A stretch of DNA of 63,533 nt, counting the filler, from Craspedostauros australis (lineage: Eukaryota), in assembly GCA_030167865.1 (NCBI GenBank). It is 11 parts of 11 records of this genome, joined end to end, with 100 filler letters (N's around TTAATTAATTAA, not from the genome) between each part and the next. Parts side by side here need not be neighbours in the genome. Positions count along the whole stretch, not along the records: positions 30,001 to 50,997 come from JALAGF010003633.1; positions 51,098 to 57,667 come from JALAGF010003634.1; positions 57,768 to 62,019 come from JALAGF010003635.1; 8 more parts are not named here. One strand, 5' to 3'. Below are positions 48,938 through 62,119 of the stretch, in pieces; within the stretch, counting starts at the first letter, position 1, and each line of letters opens with the position of its first letter. The notes under the pieces were generated by a model. That model was not told the DNA's origin. It saw nothing but the letters and a program-made list of their open reading frames with translations, and did no database searches. Both the position numbers and the translations under genes were made by a program.

Positions 48938-50997
48938 ATGGTGCGCACAGACGCCCAAAACGATGTTGGCAAAGCCAACCAGACCCCTCGAAAGCCACCG
49001 ACAATGGGACGAGGACGATCAGGAAGAGGAGGCCGTCAGGCCCGTGGCAAAGGCGCTCATGGGGGAGGCCGAGGAGGGAAGAGGCAGGCCAGAGACTCAC
49101 CGACCAAAAAGTCCCCAAAAAAGGGTGCGATCCAAAACGAGAACCGTTGGATTTGGAGCCACCAGCACGAAAGAAGCTGGGGAGACATCCTCAGAGAGAG
49201 AAACTTGATGACCCGCGGAACAGAGCCGTTCACTGCAACCACCGGTGAAGATGGAGCGCTTGACGAGTCGATCGCCTTCGTGAGAGAGATGAGCGACGAG
49301 CTAGCAGACGGAGCAACCTTGGAACAATGGAAGGTCCTCTTTGAGGACGCGTACGACAACAAATTACCAGCGGAATCCAACCTGCAGGTGATCCAAGTCA
49401 TGGTGCGGCTAGTGGCCACTTCGAACATCTTCTCGTCCTCAATGTGGAAATTGGGACAAATCAAAGCCACACACGAGACATCGGCGTGGATCGCCGCCCG
49501 AGTGGTGTTCATGCAAGTGAAAGGAATCCGGTTCGACGACGACGAGGACAAGGATGAAGCACAAGCTACCTCCCCGAACCCGTCTTCGAAGAAGAAGTCG
49601 CGCAAGCCACGCAGGAAGGTCATGGCGTATCCACGGAAGGCCCCACAGGCCAGAGAATTGCAGAGCGTCAACGACGTCTTGAGCGACTTTCACAAAACGT
49701 TCTTCGACGTGCGTCTACCGATGTCCAGGGAAGGCAGCGAAACCCCATTGGTACAAGTCATCGCGAGCCTCAACGCCCTCAGAGCATTCATCTTCCGCGC
49801 GGACTCTAAAGCGCAAATTCTGGCGTGGCGCAAGAGCAAAGAGTTGCGTCCTTGGACCGTGGCGGATGTGGCATGGACCAACAGGGAGACGCTGAAACAG
49901 TTCGTGGAAAGTCTATACGCCCGGACTGGTTTCATGACTTACACCCGCATCTGGGTGGCCCACAAACAAGACCTGGACGTGTTCGAGGACGACGGCACCC
50001 TGGCAGCAGCTGCGATTTCCTTCCGCAAGTCCGACATCCAAGAACACAATGTCGTCGCGGCAGGATGGCTGTTTGGAAGCCATAGCTCCATGAACACCGA
50101 CGACCTTGCTGAAGTGATCAACGTCAACGAGCTGGTGAAAAACCAATTCGTGGTTCAGCTTCGGGTGAGGGAAATCCAGCTGGTCAGGAGGCGCGGCCGC
50201 AGACCAGACACAGACGACTTCCGGAACCGACCCAGGGCGACCCACATCATGTGCGGGGAATCCAAGTCAAGGGTGTGTCGTGTGGCGATGAAGGAGATGT
50301 TCAATCACAGAGCGGACACCGTCCGTCTCTTGGGAAAGCAGATGCGTTTCATGCCAGATGCCCTTGACCAGAGATTCCACCACCCCCCGTCGGAACTCGC
50401 AAACCTGAGCTCGATGGTGGCGCACCAAGTGGCGTTCGAGAAGAAGATGATGACTCAAGGCGTCTACTCCATCATGCAGCTGGATGTCGAAGTGCCTATC
50501 TGGAACCTCACACTCCGCGAGGTGGTCATGAACCTGCGCTCCTTTGAAGACCCGGACTACACACTATTTGTGTCAGTGGACACGGACAAAGCGGACCGCA
50601 ACAGGACCTTCTTTGTGTTCCATCCCAAACGACAAGTGGAGGCCAGAGAGCTGATCTCGAAGCTCCCATTTTTCTGCAGCAAGAAGCTCGATCACAAGTG
50701 CCAAGGCTGGTTCACACCAGAAGCCTGGGCGCAAAACGAGTTCTACGACGTGGACTGGGAAACTGGACTTGTGAGAAGCAAAGAGGAACTCGAAATGGGA
50801 CAGCTAGCGCAGGCAGGAGCACACTTCCTGGATCTGGATGAAGAAGAGATGATCGGCCTAACTGCGGCAGATGTCGGGTGGGAAGGCTACGTCGACGAGA
50901 ACGGAAAAATGAAGCCCGTTCCGCTTCTGAAATTTGAAGTGGAAATGACGTCGAACCCCAGAATCCAAAACGGAGACAACGGTACGGTGGCAACCTT
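48938..50997 (+). mobile_element. ORF1 (gag-equivalent) of an Ambal-like non-LTR retrotransposon, uninterrupted up to the contig end
   Basis: >680 codons with no intron; RG-rich N-terminus; AGWLFGS, VQLRVREI, RATHIMC, GKQMRFMP resemble diatom LINE ORF1 proteins (recalled). Confidence 0.6.
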
Positions 50998-51097
50998 NNN
51001 NNNNNNNNNNNNNNNNNNNNNNNNNNNNNNNNNNNNNNNNNTTAATTAATTAANNNNNNNNNNNNNNNNNNNNNNNNNNNNNNNNNNNNNNNNNNNN

Positions 51098-52627
51098 CAG
51101 TCCCCGTCTCGTACCAGCTCCAGAATGGCGACGTCGTCTCCATCCTCACGGGCGGGGGCAAGCCCAGCACGTCCTGGATGCAGTATGCCAAGAGCCGATC
51201 CACGCGTTCCAAGCTGCGCGCCTACTTCCGGGGCCAAGCAACGAGAGAGTCTCCACGAGGCAGGCAAGATCCTCATCATGGATCACCTCTGGATGCACGG
51301 TCCTCTCATCGAGAAGGAGTCCTACCTGGAGGAGTCCTTCACGATCCCCATCACGGTGGAAGAGCTGGCGGTTCTGCTGCCCGGAAACACGCAGTGGGAC
51401 AACATTGACGACCTCTTCATCAAGATCGGCAAGCAGAACGATCGATCTCTCCTGCACTCCTTCGTCTCCAAGCTCTTCAAGGTGCCCCTCAAGGTCCTCC
51501 TCAATGCAGAAAAGAACCGCAAGGAATTCATCCCCAGCAGCATCCTCGACGCCGTGCACAAGAGCCAGCGCCGTGCGCGCGATGCGGCGAGAGCGGCCGC
51601 GGCCGAGCAGAATTCCAAGCTGTTGGAGGCTGCTTTCGACGGTGACGGTATTGGGGATGTCGATCCGGATGCGGGTGATGATGACGATGCCGCACATACC
51701 AGCGATCTGGATTGTCACTATCACTACCACCACGAATACGCCACCGCCCACGGCGACAATGGCGACCACGACCCGAACAGCAACCGTCATGATGACAGCG
51801 CAGCAAATCACAACGGACAGGCTCACAATGACTCTACAAACGATTCGCACGATGGACAAACCAATGGTTGGCCAAAGGCATCGTCAAGTCCCTTGCCAAT
51901 CCAAAACAAGAGACCAGCCAGCGTCATTCCAGATGACATCGTGGAGTACGCGGATCCGGAACATCTCTGCGAAAGCTGCCTGCCCGTCCTGGGAGACGAG
52001 ATAGTTGGCACACGACCAGAGCACAAGCCCGATTCCACGCCCAAGGTCCATCGATTGGGTTGTCCGCATGCCCAGCTCGCCATCAACCGCGCGCTGTCCG
52101 AAAACAAGAGGCCCGCTGCCGGCCTGTTCGAGTTTGGCCATCTTGGACGCACGGAAGCATTGCGCAGCAGCAGCAGCGCGAAGCACAACAGTTATAACCA
52201 CAAGGAGAACGAAATCCCGGTCAAATTGAAATGGTCCGACGTCAACTTCACTGGCGACGACCGCAAGACCCACTTCGTCTGCGAGATCGTCGTTCACGCG
52301 CAGGATCGAAAGCTGCTGCTTGCGGATTGCTCCGAGGTCGTTTCAGAGCTGTCCAGCATCATGATGACGGGCAGCCAAACGACGGATGAGCATGCCATCT
52401 TGGTATTCCTCGTCAAGGTGGAAGGATTGGAGCATTTGCAGGGCCTGATGGATAATCTGCGCCAGATTCGTTCGGTCATGTCCGTGGAACGGAGGGTAAG
52501 TGCGAGAGAAATGTGGATGGATGGTCCAATACCAACATGCGTGGAGTAGCCGCATCACTGTTGTGTACTCGTTTGCAGCTGCCTTTACTGCCTTCAAGAT
52601 TCTTGAATCAACACTCGCCAATGTGAT
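51098..52627 (+). repeat. Identical reverse-complement duplicate of 30001-31530 (RSH 3' part, same frameshift at 51230-51233); contig overlap
   Basis: Identical translations; both copies end at contig edges. Confidence 0.92.
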
Positions 52628-53159
52628 ACGATCAGTTACGATGCACGAACATTCATGAATCTCACGCACTCCTATCATCTATGTGGCCCTTCTTCTTTCT
52701 CCTTGCATTCGGCTGATTGAATGATTGCTTTGGGACTGTGTTTCCTTCAACTTGTATTTGATCATGGACGATCTTTCCGTGTGGTTCGAATACATTCCAT
52801 TGTGACAACGCTCCTTCAGTTCGGATCTCAACTCCTTTCGGCCTTGTCATGAAGGGATCAACACGATCAATCACTGGAAGTCCACGAAGGCGATTCAAGC
52901 AATCATAGCAAACGGACGTACTACTATTGAAGTATGAGCATGGAATATCAATAGTCACAATTCTCCAAGCACATGGTAAATAGCATGCTCACAATTTTAA
53001 TAAGTTGCACAACAAGGTATCATGTCATCCAGCATTGCAATACTACTACTCGATCCCAATAGTAAACGCAGAAAGCGAACGGAAGCTCGGTCTCTTGCAC
53101 AACGTCTCCATTTGTTGGGTCGTCCACCCACTTCCACTGGAGTCGCGTCGCCTTCAGGC

Positions 53160-53740
53160 TCAGCTCACAGGCCTCACTCCGCACTCTGCTTTCGTAGATG
53201 TTGGCATTAATGATGATGGTCGTTGCCCTTCGATGACATCCACGGGCCTATTCAAGGCGCCGCCCCGAACGCGGATGGGAGGATGGCCACCATCCTTGAT
53301 CCGATCCTTCTTCGGCAACGCGATGGTCGAAAGCTGATTCAACAGCTCTGCGTCCACATTTGCCAGATCCAAATGTGTATGACGGAGGTGCGATCTCTTG
53401 CTCGAACGACGCAAAATACGAGTATTCTGTATGTGGTTGCACCATCGTCCTCTGATCTCCAGCGCCGCCGCATCCATGCGATCATTTGGCTCCAATGCGA
53501 CATCGATATCGTCGGAATGGTATCCATGGACACCAAGGTCGATGGCAAAGGTATCGTCTGCAATGTTCTTGATGGCTAGCACATCGACCTTGGACTTCGA
53601 AGATACCTTTGATGGATGCGCACATAATGATTCTGTCGAATCGTCATCTACGAGTACTCCCTTGGCATGAGAAGTATAGTTGCACGCAAAGGACACGGCG
53701 TGTTGCGGTCCTTCATTTTCGCCGCTTTTGTCAGAACTGC
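53160..53740 (-). pseudogene. Diverged HSP20 paralogue with no in-frame ATG upstream of the domain
   Basis: FAIDLGVHGYHSDDIDVALEP...LEIRGR...VDAELLNQLSTIALPKK aligns with 47576-48283, with conserved P/G residues lost. Confidence 0.7.
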
Positions 53741-53948
53741 ATACAAACCCTCCATATGCAGTAGATGAGCAGAGGAATGACTGACGGAGGCACAGTTTCT
53801 TGAGCGTTGCCTCATCACGAATATCATGGTGCTTGTGTTTGTACTCGTGTCTGTTTGTGTACGCGTATGTCAGTGGGTGAGATTGAAATTGCGAGGCCGA
53901 GAGGAAGGAAGGGTTGGTGCGTTCGTCTCTGCTTTTGCCGGAGGGTAC

Positions 53949-55761
53949 TTACTCCAACGAGAGGGGGGATGGTGGTGACGATGAGTCTCCCCAACGTATT
54001 GATTGGAGCCAGCACTCGTCTGCAGCAGTGAGGCGCGTGCTGTTGGCCTTGGTACTTGGAAATAGCAGGCGCTGCAAGATCGAGAATCCATTCGAGCATC
54101 TTGAGTCGACCAAGGCGGCGATCGAATACCTTGGTGAGAGCCAGGAGTCGTTGGATCTGTTCTTGGAGATAACATACTTACGCACCGAATGTTGGGCGCT
54201 GGTTGAGCGAGGTAGGTGATGAATTGGAAGATGTTGACGCACGCGAGTTTGGTAGACGGCAGAGTGAGGTTTAGTGGGGCGACTCTCGTTTGCGTACTCT
54301 ACATCATTGCTTGTACCGTAGCTCTTCGCATCTATTTTATGACAAGGGCAATGCTCTGCTCTCCACCTACGTCGACGCCAGTTCCTTCGCACCGCACAAG
54401 CGAGCTTGCAGAATGCGCTGTCTGTACTCTGTTGCATTCCATTTAGATACCAGCTGCTTCTGCTGCTTGTGAAGGGCCTGTAATTCCCCCACGATCTGCA
54501 CCACGCTCGATTGCCAGCAAGGCAGATCCTGCGGCTGGATGGTGAGGAAGACATTCTGGATTTGGAATGACGATAGTTGCAGGACGTTCGAGAGTTTGGT
54601 GATGGGCATGTTTGTGTCCAATGATGTTTGTTCGGTGAGGAGGTAAGTTGGCTGGTAGGGCTGAGCAGGACTGTCGTCATTGCTGGAAACGATCGGTGTT
54701 TGCGTGGGCACTTGAATGCAGATTGCACCCTCTCTTGACAATCGAACAAGCTGCGACGCGACTGTTTCATTCTTGCCGCTATTGCTGTGCCTGCTATCAG
54801 CGTTGCTTTGGATGGTTGCCATTGGCAGGTGCTGTTCCGTATCATCCATTGTGGGAAGAGCGACGTCAGCCGCGGTGGCCTGAGCAGCGTTATCTTGACT
54901 TGCACTTTCGGCTTGCTCCGATGGAATCGGCGTGCTTGCCATGTGAATGAGGTCCATCTCTTCGTTTTGCAGCGCCTTCTTATCGAACGACAGCACCGCC
55001 CGGTTGGCTGGTCGATGATGGGATGTGGCCGACTGCCACGTTCTTCCATCCAGGATATCCGCAAGGCAATTGTCGTACGATGGCAATCCCGTCGGTGTCA
55101 ACGTCAACATCAACTCCAACGTCGACGTGAATGCAGATGCGCCCGATGGGTTCGGCTCCGCTGCGTGCGCTGATTCCGAATTCTCTTTCGGCTGGAAGCA
55201 TTGCGATCGTTGGTGCAGGATGGTGAGGAGAAGGTGAAGTCTGGCCTTGTTCTGCCGATGCAGCCGCAGGTACGGATTGGTGGAGCCGAGGTTGTTGTTG
55301 CCTTTGCTGTTGCCTTTTCTGCTACTGTTGCTTGATGACGAGGATGCTGATTGGGACGTCTCCGCTTCGTGGCTGTGAATGATCCAGCTGACGACGATGA
55401 GAGCTGCCTTGATCAAATCCGCCTGAAGGGCAATGTAGCGAAGGACGGGTTGCGTCGCCGCTGGCATGGTCTGTCGATTGCATCGCAGCAGCTGAAGGTC
55501 CAGGGCGATGGTGGCCTCGTCTTCCTGTTCCAGAACAACGAAGATGGACTCCAAGCATTTGCACAAGGCTCTGGAGTCGATTCGTTTGGGCGCATCGTTT
55601 GCATTAGCGTTGCTGTCGCTGTTATTGTCGTCGTTGGTACCTGGGTTTTTGGGGAGGAACGATGAGCGGATCAATGGGATGAGCTCTTGCAGACATTGCT
55701 CTCGCTCGCTGAGGACGTTTGTTGGTGTGGTTGACTCTGCATCGTTCGGCATGATGGCCAT
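53949..55761 (-). CDS. Hypothetical protein (546 aa); exons 55761-54371 and 54198-53949
   Basis: 464-aa ORF plus a GTAGGT...CAG intron (54370-54199) giving 1641 nt in frame; no recognised domain. Confidence 0.6.
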
Positions 55762-57064
55762 TGGTGCTGCTGCGTTCCACAGCTGCGATCGATTATATTA
55801 TACTCTATTCTAAGATCGATACCAGAGGCTTCCTCGTACTCCCGTTGGATCTGTCTTGTGTGGGGTGGAGAAAGCCTTGGATGGATGGATGGATGAATGA
55901 TTGGGTTGCTTGTGCATGTCAATGAGGAAGATGGTGAGAGAAGAGGATGAAACATTGGTTGGTTGGCGAGGAGCGCGGCTGCGAGGAAAGATCGTGTCCG
56001 AGCACATCAATGAAGAGCCAGCGTCCCAAACAAACAGCTGAAGTGATGTTTGGATCACAAAAAACTGCTCTGTAGAATGTAGTACATTTCCTACTTAAGT
56101 CACGAGCAAAAACAGACCAACAATAGGATCAACCATAGTTCAACTCTACGTACTCAGCTCGTGTGGGTTTTCCTGAACTCATCTTGCAACTTTATCATTA
56201 CATGGAATTTATATATAATATACTGAAGTTTGGTGGCTGTTGCTCTGTTTCTCGGTGAGCACTGATGCCATTCATCAAGCACCCCCATCATTCACGGACG
56301 TTTTTGGCTTCTTGTTGGTATGTTTTCTTGTTCTGGTTGATCCAAAGAAGTGGTCCAATCATCGCTGACGTCATGATGACGCAATCATTGGTACCAGACT
56401 TCTCCAAACTTGCCACCGAAACTGGGGATCGGAGTGATCAAATATCATTCCGACCTCCAAGGGAGCACTAAACGCAAGCATATCTCCATACCATCGCACT
56501 CAAACATAATAAACCACATGGCTGTGACCGCCTCAGAGAGATGATTCTGAAATGATATCTATTGTGCAGATTGAGCCAAAGACCGCTAAGTCCGGAGACT
56601 TCAAAGATGGAGAGTCGAATTTCTCAAAAAAGAGGCAGGATCCTACCGGACTCCTGTAGAATCCTACTTGTAGCTAACTGTAGCCAAACAAAACCCGGTC
56701 CGTCCGTCGTCCGAAGGCAAAACCACACCAAGGGGGTCAACAAACACATCAAGATCGACGAGATAGTCGTAACAACATTAGAATGTTGTTACTTGCCTGG
56801 ATAGCCCTGGCTCAAGTTTACGTATGTGTACAGAGATATTCGATTGAGTGTTTACAAAATCAAGTCTGAGGTTGGGACAAACGGGTCCAAAATCTGTAGC
56901 CAACTGTAGCCAAACATCGCTAATTTTTTTGGGTCTGGCTCTTTGAGGCACTAGCCCGTTAGCGTAAGCTGCGTGTGTATGGAGAAGCAGCTTTCGAGGG
57001 TGTTGCGGAATGTACCAAACTTACGAGTACGTCCAACATGTTGCTGGAGCGAAGGTGAGTATGC

Positions 57065-57666
57065 TCACAATTCCTCACTGTACTTATTATTCACGGTGGT
57101 CATGTCGAGTTGCATGCCACCCACCACTATCGCGATGTCTGGTACAAGCGCGAGCAATCGTCTCATCGCCCTTCGCTTCGCAATGGCAATGCTGCCTGCA
57201 TTCGTTGCGTCGTTTGCCCCACCATCGCCATCACCATTGTTGGTATCAAACCCAGTTTCTCCATGACGCCGCAACAAGTTGCATACGAGTTGGAAGAAGT
57301 AGCGCTCCATGAACGTGGCGACTGCTGGTCCCGTGTAGATCTTCTCTGCTTCCATGAAGATGCCGTCAGAACACAGCCTCATCATGTCGCCACCGGTCCA
57401 ATTGATGTCGCGCAGTGTGATCCTGTCGTTGGAATTGATGCCAAGCGCGTTTGCAGCGTGGCTCGAGTGTCGTCCGTACGGAAAGATATCCAAGTTTATC
57501 CGTCGGTAGCCGCCGTCGGCGCATTGCAGGCACTCATCTAGCTCTTGCTGCGTTGCTAGCATCCCCCATGGCTTGTTGCGGCCTGTGCTGTTGCTTTGGC
57601 CACCCACGATAACACCAGCTCCTTCGAATCTGACACCTTGCACAACCTTGGTCGTCGTCGTCGTTG
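57065..57666 (-). CDS. C-terminal part of a hypothetical protein; partial
   Basis: Frame open from the contig edge to the stop at 57065, with protein-like composition. Confidence 0.5.
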
Positions 57667-57767
57667 ANNNNNNNNNNNNNNNNNNNNNNNNNNNNNNNNN
57701 NNNNNNNNNNNTTAATTAATTAANNNNNNNNNNNNNNNNNNNNNNNNNNNNNNNNNNNNNNNNNNNN

Positions 57768-59619
57768 CAGGAGCAGGCACGAGAATCGAAACCACACTCG
57801 CACACACAAGCAGACTCCAAGCCAAGATCACACAAACGATGCAAGGCCTTCGATATCCACTGCTTCGAGAGAGCCTCCAGCCCCGGCGGTGTTTGGAGGA
57901 AGGCCAATGCAGTCGATACATCCAATATCGGCGCTGTCGAGATGTACGACAACCTCTGGACCAACGGACCGTCTCACAACATGGAGCTGTTCGACTACAC
58001 CTTCGACGACCACTTCAAACGACCCGTCAGCGTCTATCTGTCTCGGAAGGATGTGCTGGACTACATCATATCGCGTGTCACACGAAACAATCCGAACCTC
58101 TTCGATGACTACATGCACTTCAATACGGAAGTCGAGAACGTGGTGTTCGTCAGCTCGACGCAGAAGTTCGAAGTGACGACGCGGAATCTGGTGACGAAGG
58201 AGACGACAATGGGCGAGTTCGATTATTGCGTGTGGGGTGCTGGATCCAATGCGAAGCAGAAGCTCCCGCAGGATGTGGTTGATGCGATGAGATCGGGTGG
58301 ATTCACTGGTCCCATCTTGCACTCGGCGAACACGGCGGGTCTGGAATCGATTGTGAAGGGCAAACGCATCGTGTTGGTTGGCGGGATGTACTCCGCCGAA
58401 GATCTCGCGCTTCAATCCATCAAGCTGGGCGTGGAGCATGTGGACGTCATATCCCGGAGCTTGGAACCGCATGTTACACATACGGAGAGCTGGCCTGGCA
58501 ACAGAGTTGAAGTATACGGCGGTCTCCAGATCTTCAAGAGTGAGGGCAACACGATTCATCTTGAGGAGGTGGAGTGGAGCCGAGAACATGGATATACTGG
58601 GCAGAACGAGACGGAGGAGTCCTTGGAGGGCGTTGACGCTGTGATCTTCTGCACTGGATATGACCCTGCGGTCAAGATGTTGGAAGAGGATCTTATCGAG
58701 CAAGATTGGGAGTACGACATCAAAATTCCAGAAGGTTGGAGGATGGCGGAGAACGCTTTCACGGAGCACTTGGGGCATATCGAACCATCGAAGGAGTGCA
58801 CCATGGCGCGAGTGCTTGCGAGCGCCTTTTACCACGGTGTGATGGTAAGTATCGCTACGATGCTGCCCACATCATGATGCCGACTTTGTTGCTCCTCACA
58901 TTGCTTGCAATTAGCGTGCAGGCACATCCTCACACATTCCCTTGTGCTCATGTTGCCTTGTTGATTGCGTACACTGGCCAACGATCCATCGATACCTGCA
59001 TTCGCTTGCATTGGCATGAACATCATCGCCGATGCAATTCCTCCACCCACAGATCCGCAATCAACGAATGCTGATGTTCGATGACATTACGAACAATCCG
59101 TTGCTGGATCATGACGCCTTCGCATGGTTCCTTGCGGAATATGTCACGGGAGCTGTGCAGCTCTCCAATGCGGAAGACTTGAAAGAGCATCTCATCCAAC
59201 GCGGCTTGCAGGCAATGGACATCCCTGTGCTGCGCAAATCAATGGATCCAAACTATGAGAGAGCTCTGTTGGCGATCCCAGGATTGCTTGCCGACGAAGG
59301 AGACATCGCAGAATTGTGGGCCAACGAAACCCTCAAGGAGATCCCTTACTTCATCCGTGTGCTCGCCGACACGATGCACGCGGCGTCGTACCCAGCGTCA
59401 ATGGGAAGTTTCGAAAGCCTGAACAAACGCGGAGAGCGGATAGCTCATCATGACTTGTTGGTCTCGCAGCATCGATCGCTGGACCACAGTATCGAGAATG
59501 CGTCGGCAGATCGCAATCAGTGGAAGACGTTCCGTGACTACGATGACGGGGACCGGTTTCAGTCCGTACATACGGGCACGAAGGCAACCAACCTGCGGAT
59601 GAATTGGCTAAGGTTGTAG
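57768..59619 (+). CDS. Flavin-containing monooxygenase, Tmm/bacterial-FMO-like, copy 1 (5'-partial); intron 58845-59052
   Basis: PGGVW, MYDNLWTNGP, DYTFDDHF, FTGPILHS, VGGMYSAEDLA, IFCTGY, KTFRD...SVHTGT. Confidence 0.88.
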
Positions 59620-60784
59620 AGTGGAATACTTCAATGGCAGAGTGCGCTCAGGTGGGAGTCTGTGTGTGTGCGCCGTGCTGCTGTTTCCATCCAACGTGTA
59701 CTACATACCTATTGTCAGGTATGGCCGCTGCTAGTATCAAACATCGTGCTCTGCGGATGAAGCAGAGAGCATCGCCCTTCTCTCCGACAGAGGATCTGCT
59801 GTGTCGCATAGTATTTGTTTATCACCAGCCCACAAAGCTCGGAGCAGCGCACGTATGGCATACCATCTGCAACGATGAATATAGAGTGAGCCGAGTACGT
59901 CGTTCCACACATGCGTAAATACTCTTCGTCAGCCGTACACAATGGATTGGTCGTATGAATAGTACAACATCAATCAATAGCTTCAATTGGTGTGAAGCGT
60001 GAAGCACAGGAGTTGGCGCAAAGATAATGGATGATGTTGAATGAGAACTGGAGCAGCGGCAAATAAGATTTTAATCGTTATCGTTGTGCACAAGACCTTG
60101 CGGAGAAACTTTCCAGTCGAACGGTATTGACAACGGTGAATTTATCCGTGGACCTCATGGTTGTCCGTTCTGCCTCAATGGTTCGATGCGATTCGTTCGT
60201 TTCTTCGGCACGACGGAGTACTGTTCGATTAGTCATGTTCGTGTTTGACAACACTCAACTGTCCTCCAACGAACCAGCAGTGTTGGCGCCATCTCTTGAA
60301 ACTCTTCACCCCGACCCAAACAACCGTAGAACACGGATACGATCGCACGGGTAGCTCACAGATTATGGTACACCTGTCCCCACTCCTCTGATCCGGCCGA
60401 AGAGAGGCACACTCTATCTTCAGAGAGACGACGTGACGAGCACCGAACAAGCTGATTTCACAACGTCATCCCTTCCCTCGTTTGACTTCCCTGCTGTCGA
60501 TCGAGAAGATTGTTCCTTCTCAAAGCACATACCTTCCCACTGACCCACCTTCGCCGCCAACAAGCTGACCTCGTGGTCTCACGGATACATCCGCATTGTG
60601 CAGGCATCATTCGGCACGTATGTATTATAGGTGTGTTCAGGAGAAGTTGAGGTAGTTTGAAGCCAAACAACCTAATCCGCTCTCTCCTCGCACATATAAT
60701 ACCAAGTCCGGTGAGACGGAAGCAAACACGGCGGCCGGCGAGGCAATAACAAGTGAAACGTCAACAAAACAATAAACGATCACG

Positions 60785-62019
60785 ATGAACAACCTCGATC
60801 TGCTGCCATCGTGGCTTTCCATCGCACAGAGCACCAACACAACCCTGCTTCAGTCCTTGTCGCCGGCGTATTCTATGTCGAGTCCTCTTCTTCCCAGAAC
60901 AGAGACGATTGATGACATCGAAGGCCATGCTGAAAAACAGGCAGACCCATCCCACTCTGCGCTTTCCGACTTGTTCGATGATGCTGCCGCTTCTGATACC
61001 AATGCTGACGAATGCAGTGATTCGACGCAGTCCGTCTGCGTCATCGGAGGGGGTCCTGGAGGAATGTTCTTTTGCTATCACATGGATGAACGAATGAGAA
61101 AGAAGGAACAGGAGGAACAGGAGCAGGAGCAGGAGCAGGCACGAGAATCGAAACCACACTCGCACACACAAGCAGACTCCAAGCCAAGATCACACAAACG
61201 ATGCAAGGCCTTCGATATCCACTGCTTCGAGAGAGCCTCCAGCCCCGGCGGTGTTTGGAGGAAGGCCAATGCAGTCGATACATCCAATATCGGCGCTGTC
61301 GAGATGTACGACAACCTCTGGACCAACGGACCGTCTCACAACATGGAGCTGTTCGACTACACCTTCGACGACCACTTCAAACGACCCGTCAGCGTCTATC
61401 TGTCTCGGAAGGATGTGCTGGACTACATCATATCGCGTGTCACACGAAACAATCCGAACCTCTTCGATGACTACATGCACTTCAATACGGAAGTCGAGAA
61501 CGTGGTGTTCGTCAGCTCGACGCAGAAGTTCGAAGTGACGACGCGGAATCTGGTGACGAAGGAGACGACAATGGGCGAGTTCGATTATTGCGTGTGGGGT
61601 GCTGGATCCAATGCGAAGCAGAAGCTCCCGCAGGATGTGGTTGATGCGATGAGATCGGGTGGATTCACTGGTCCCATCTTGCACTCGGCGAACACGGCGG
61701 GTCTGGAATCGATTGTGAAGGGCAAACGCATCGTGTTGGTTGGCGGGATGTACTCCGCCGAAGATCTCGCGCTTCAATCCATCAAGCTGGGCGTGGAGCA
61801 TGTGGACGTCATATCCCGGAGCTTGGAACCGCATGTTACACATACGGAGAGCTGGCCTGGCAACAGAGTTGAAGTATACGGCGGTCTCCAGATCTTCAAG
61901 AGTGAGGGCAACACGATTCATCTTGAGGAGGTGGAGTGGAGCCGAGAACATGGATATACTGGGCAGAACGAGACGGAGGAGTCCTTGGAGGGCGTTGACG
62001 CTGTGATCTTCTGCACTGG
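60785..62019 (+). CDS. Flavin-containing monooxygenase copy 2 (3'-partial); composite gene ~662 aa
   Basis: VCVIGGGPGG FAD motif; 61130-62019 is identical to 57768-58657. Confidence 0.88.
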
Positions 62020-62119
62020 NNNNNNNNNNNNNNNNNNNNNNNNNNNNNNNNNNNNNNNNNNNNTTAATTAATTAANNNNNNNNNNNNNNNNNNNNNNNNN
62101 NNNNNNNNNNNNNNNNNNN

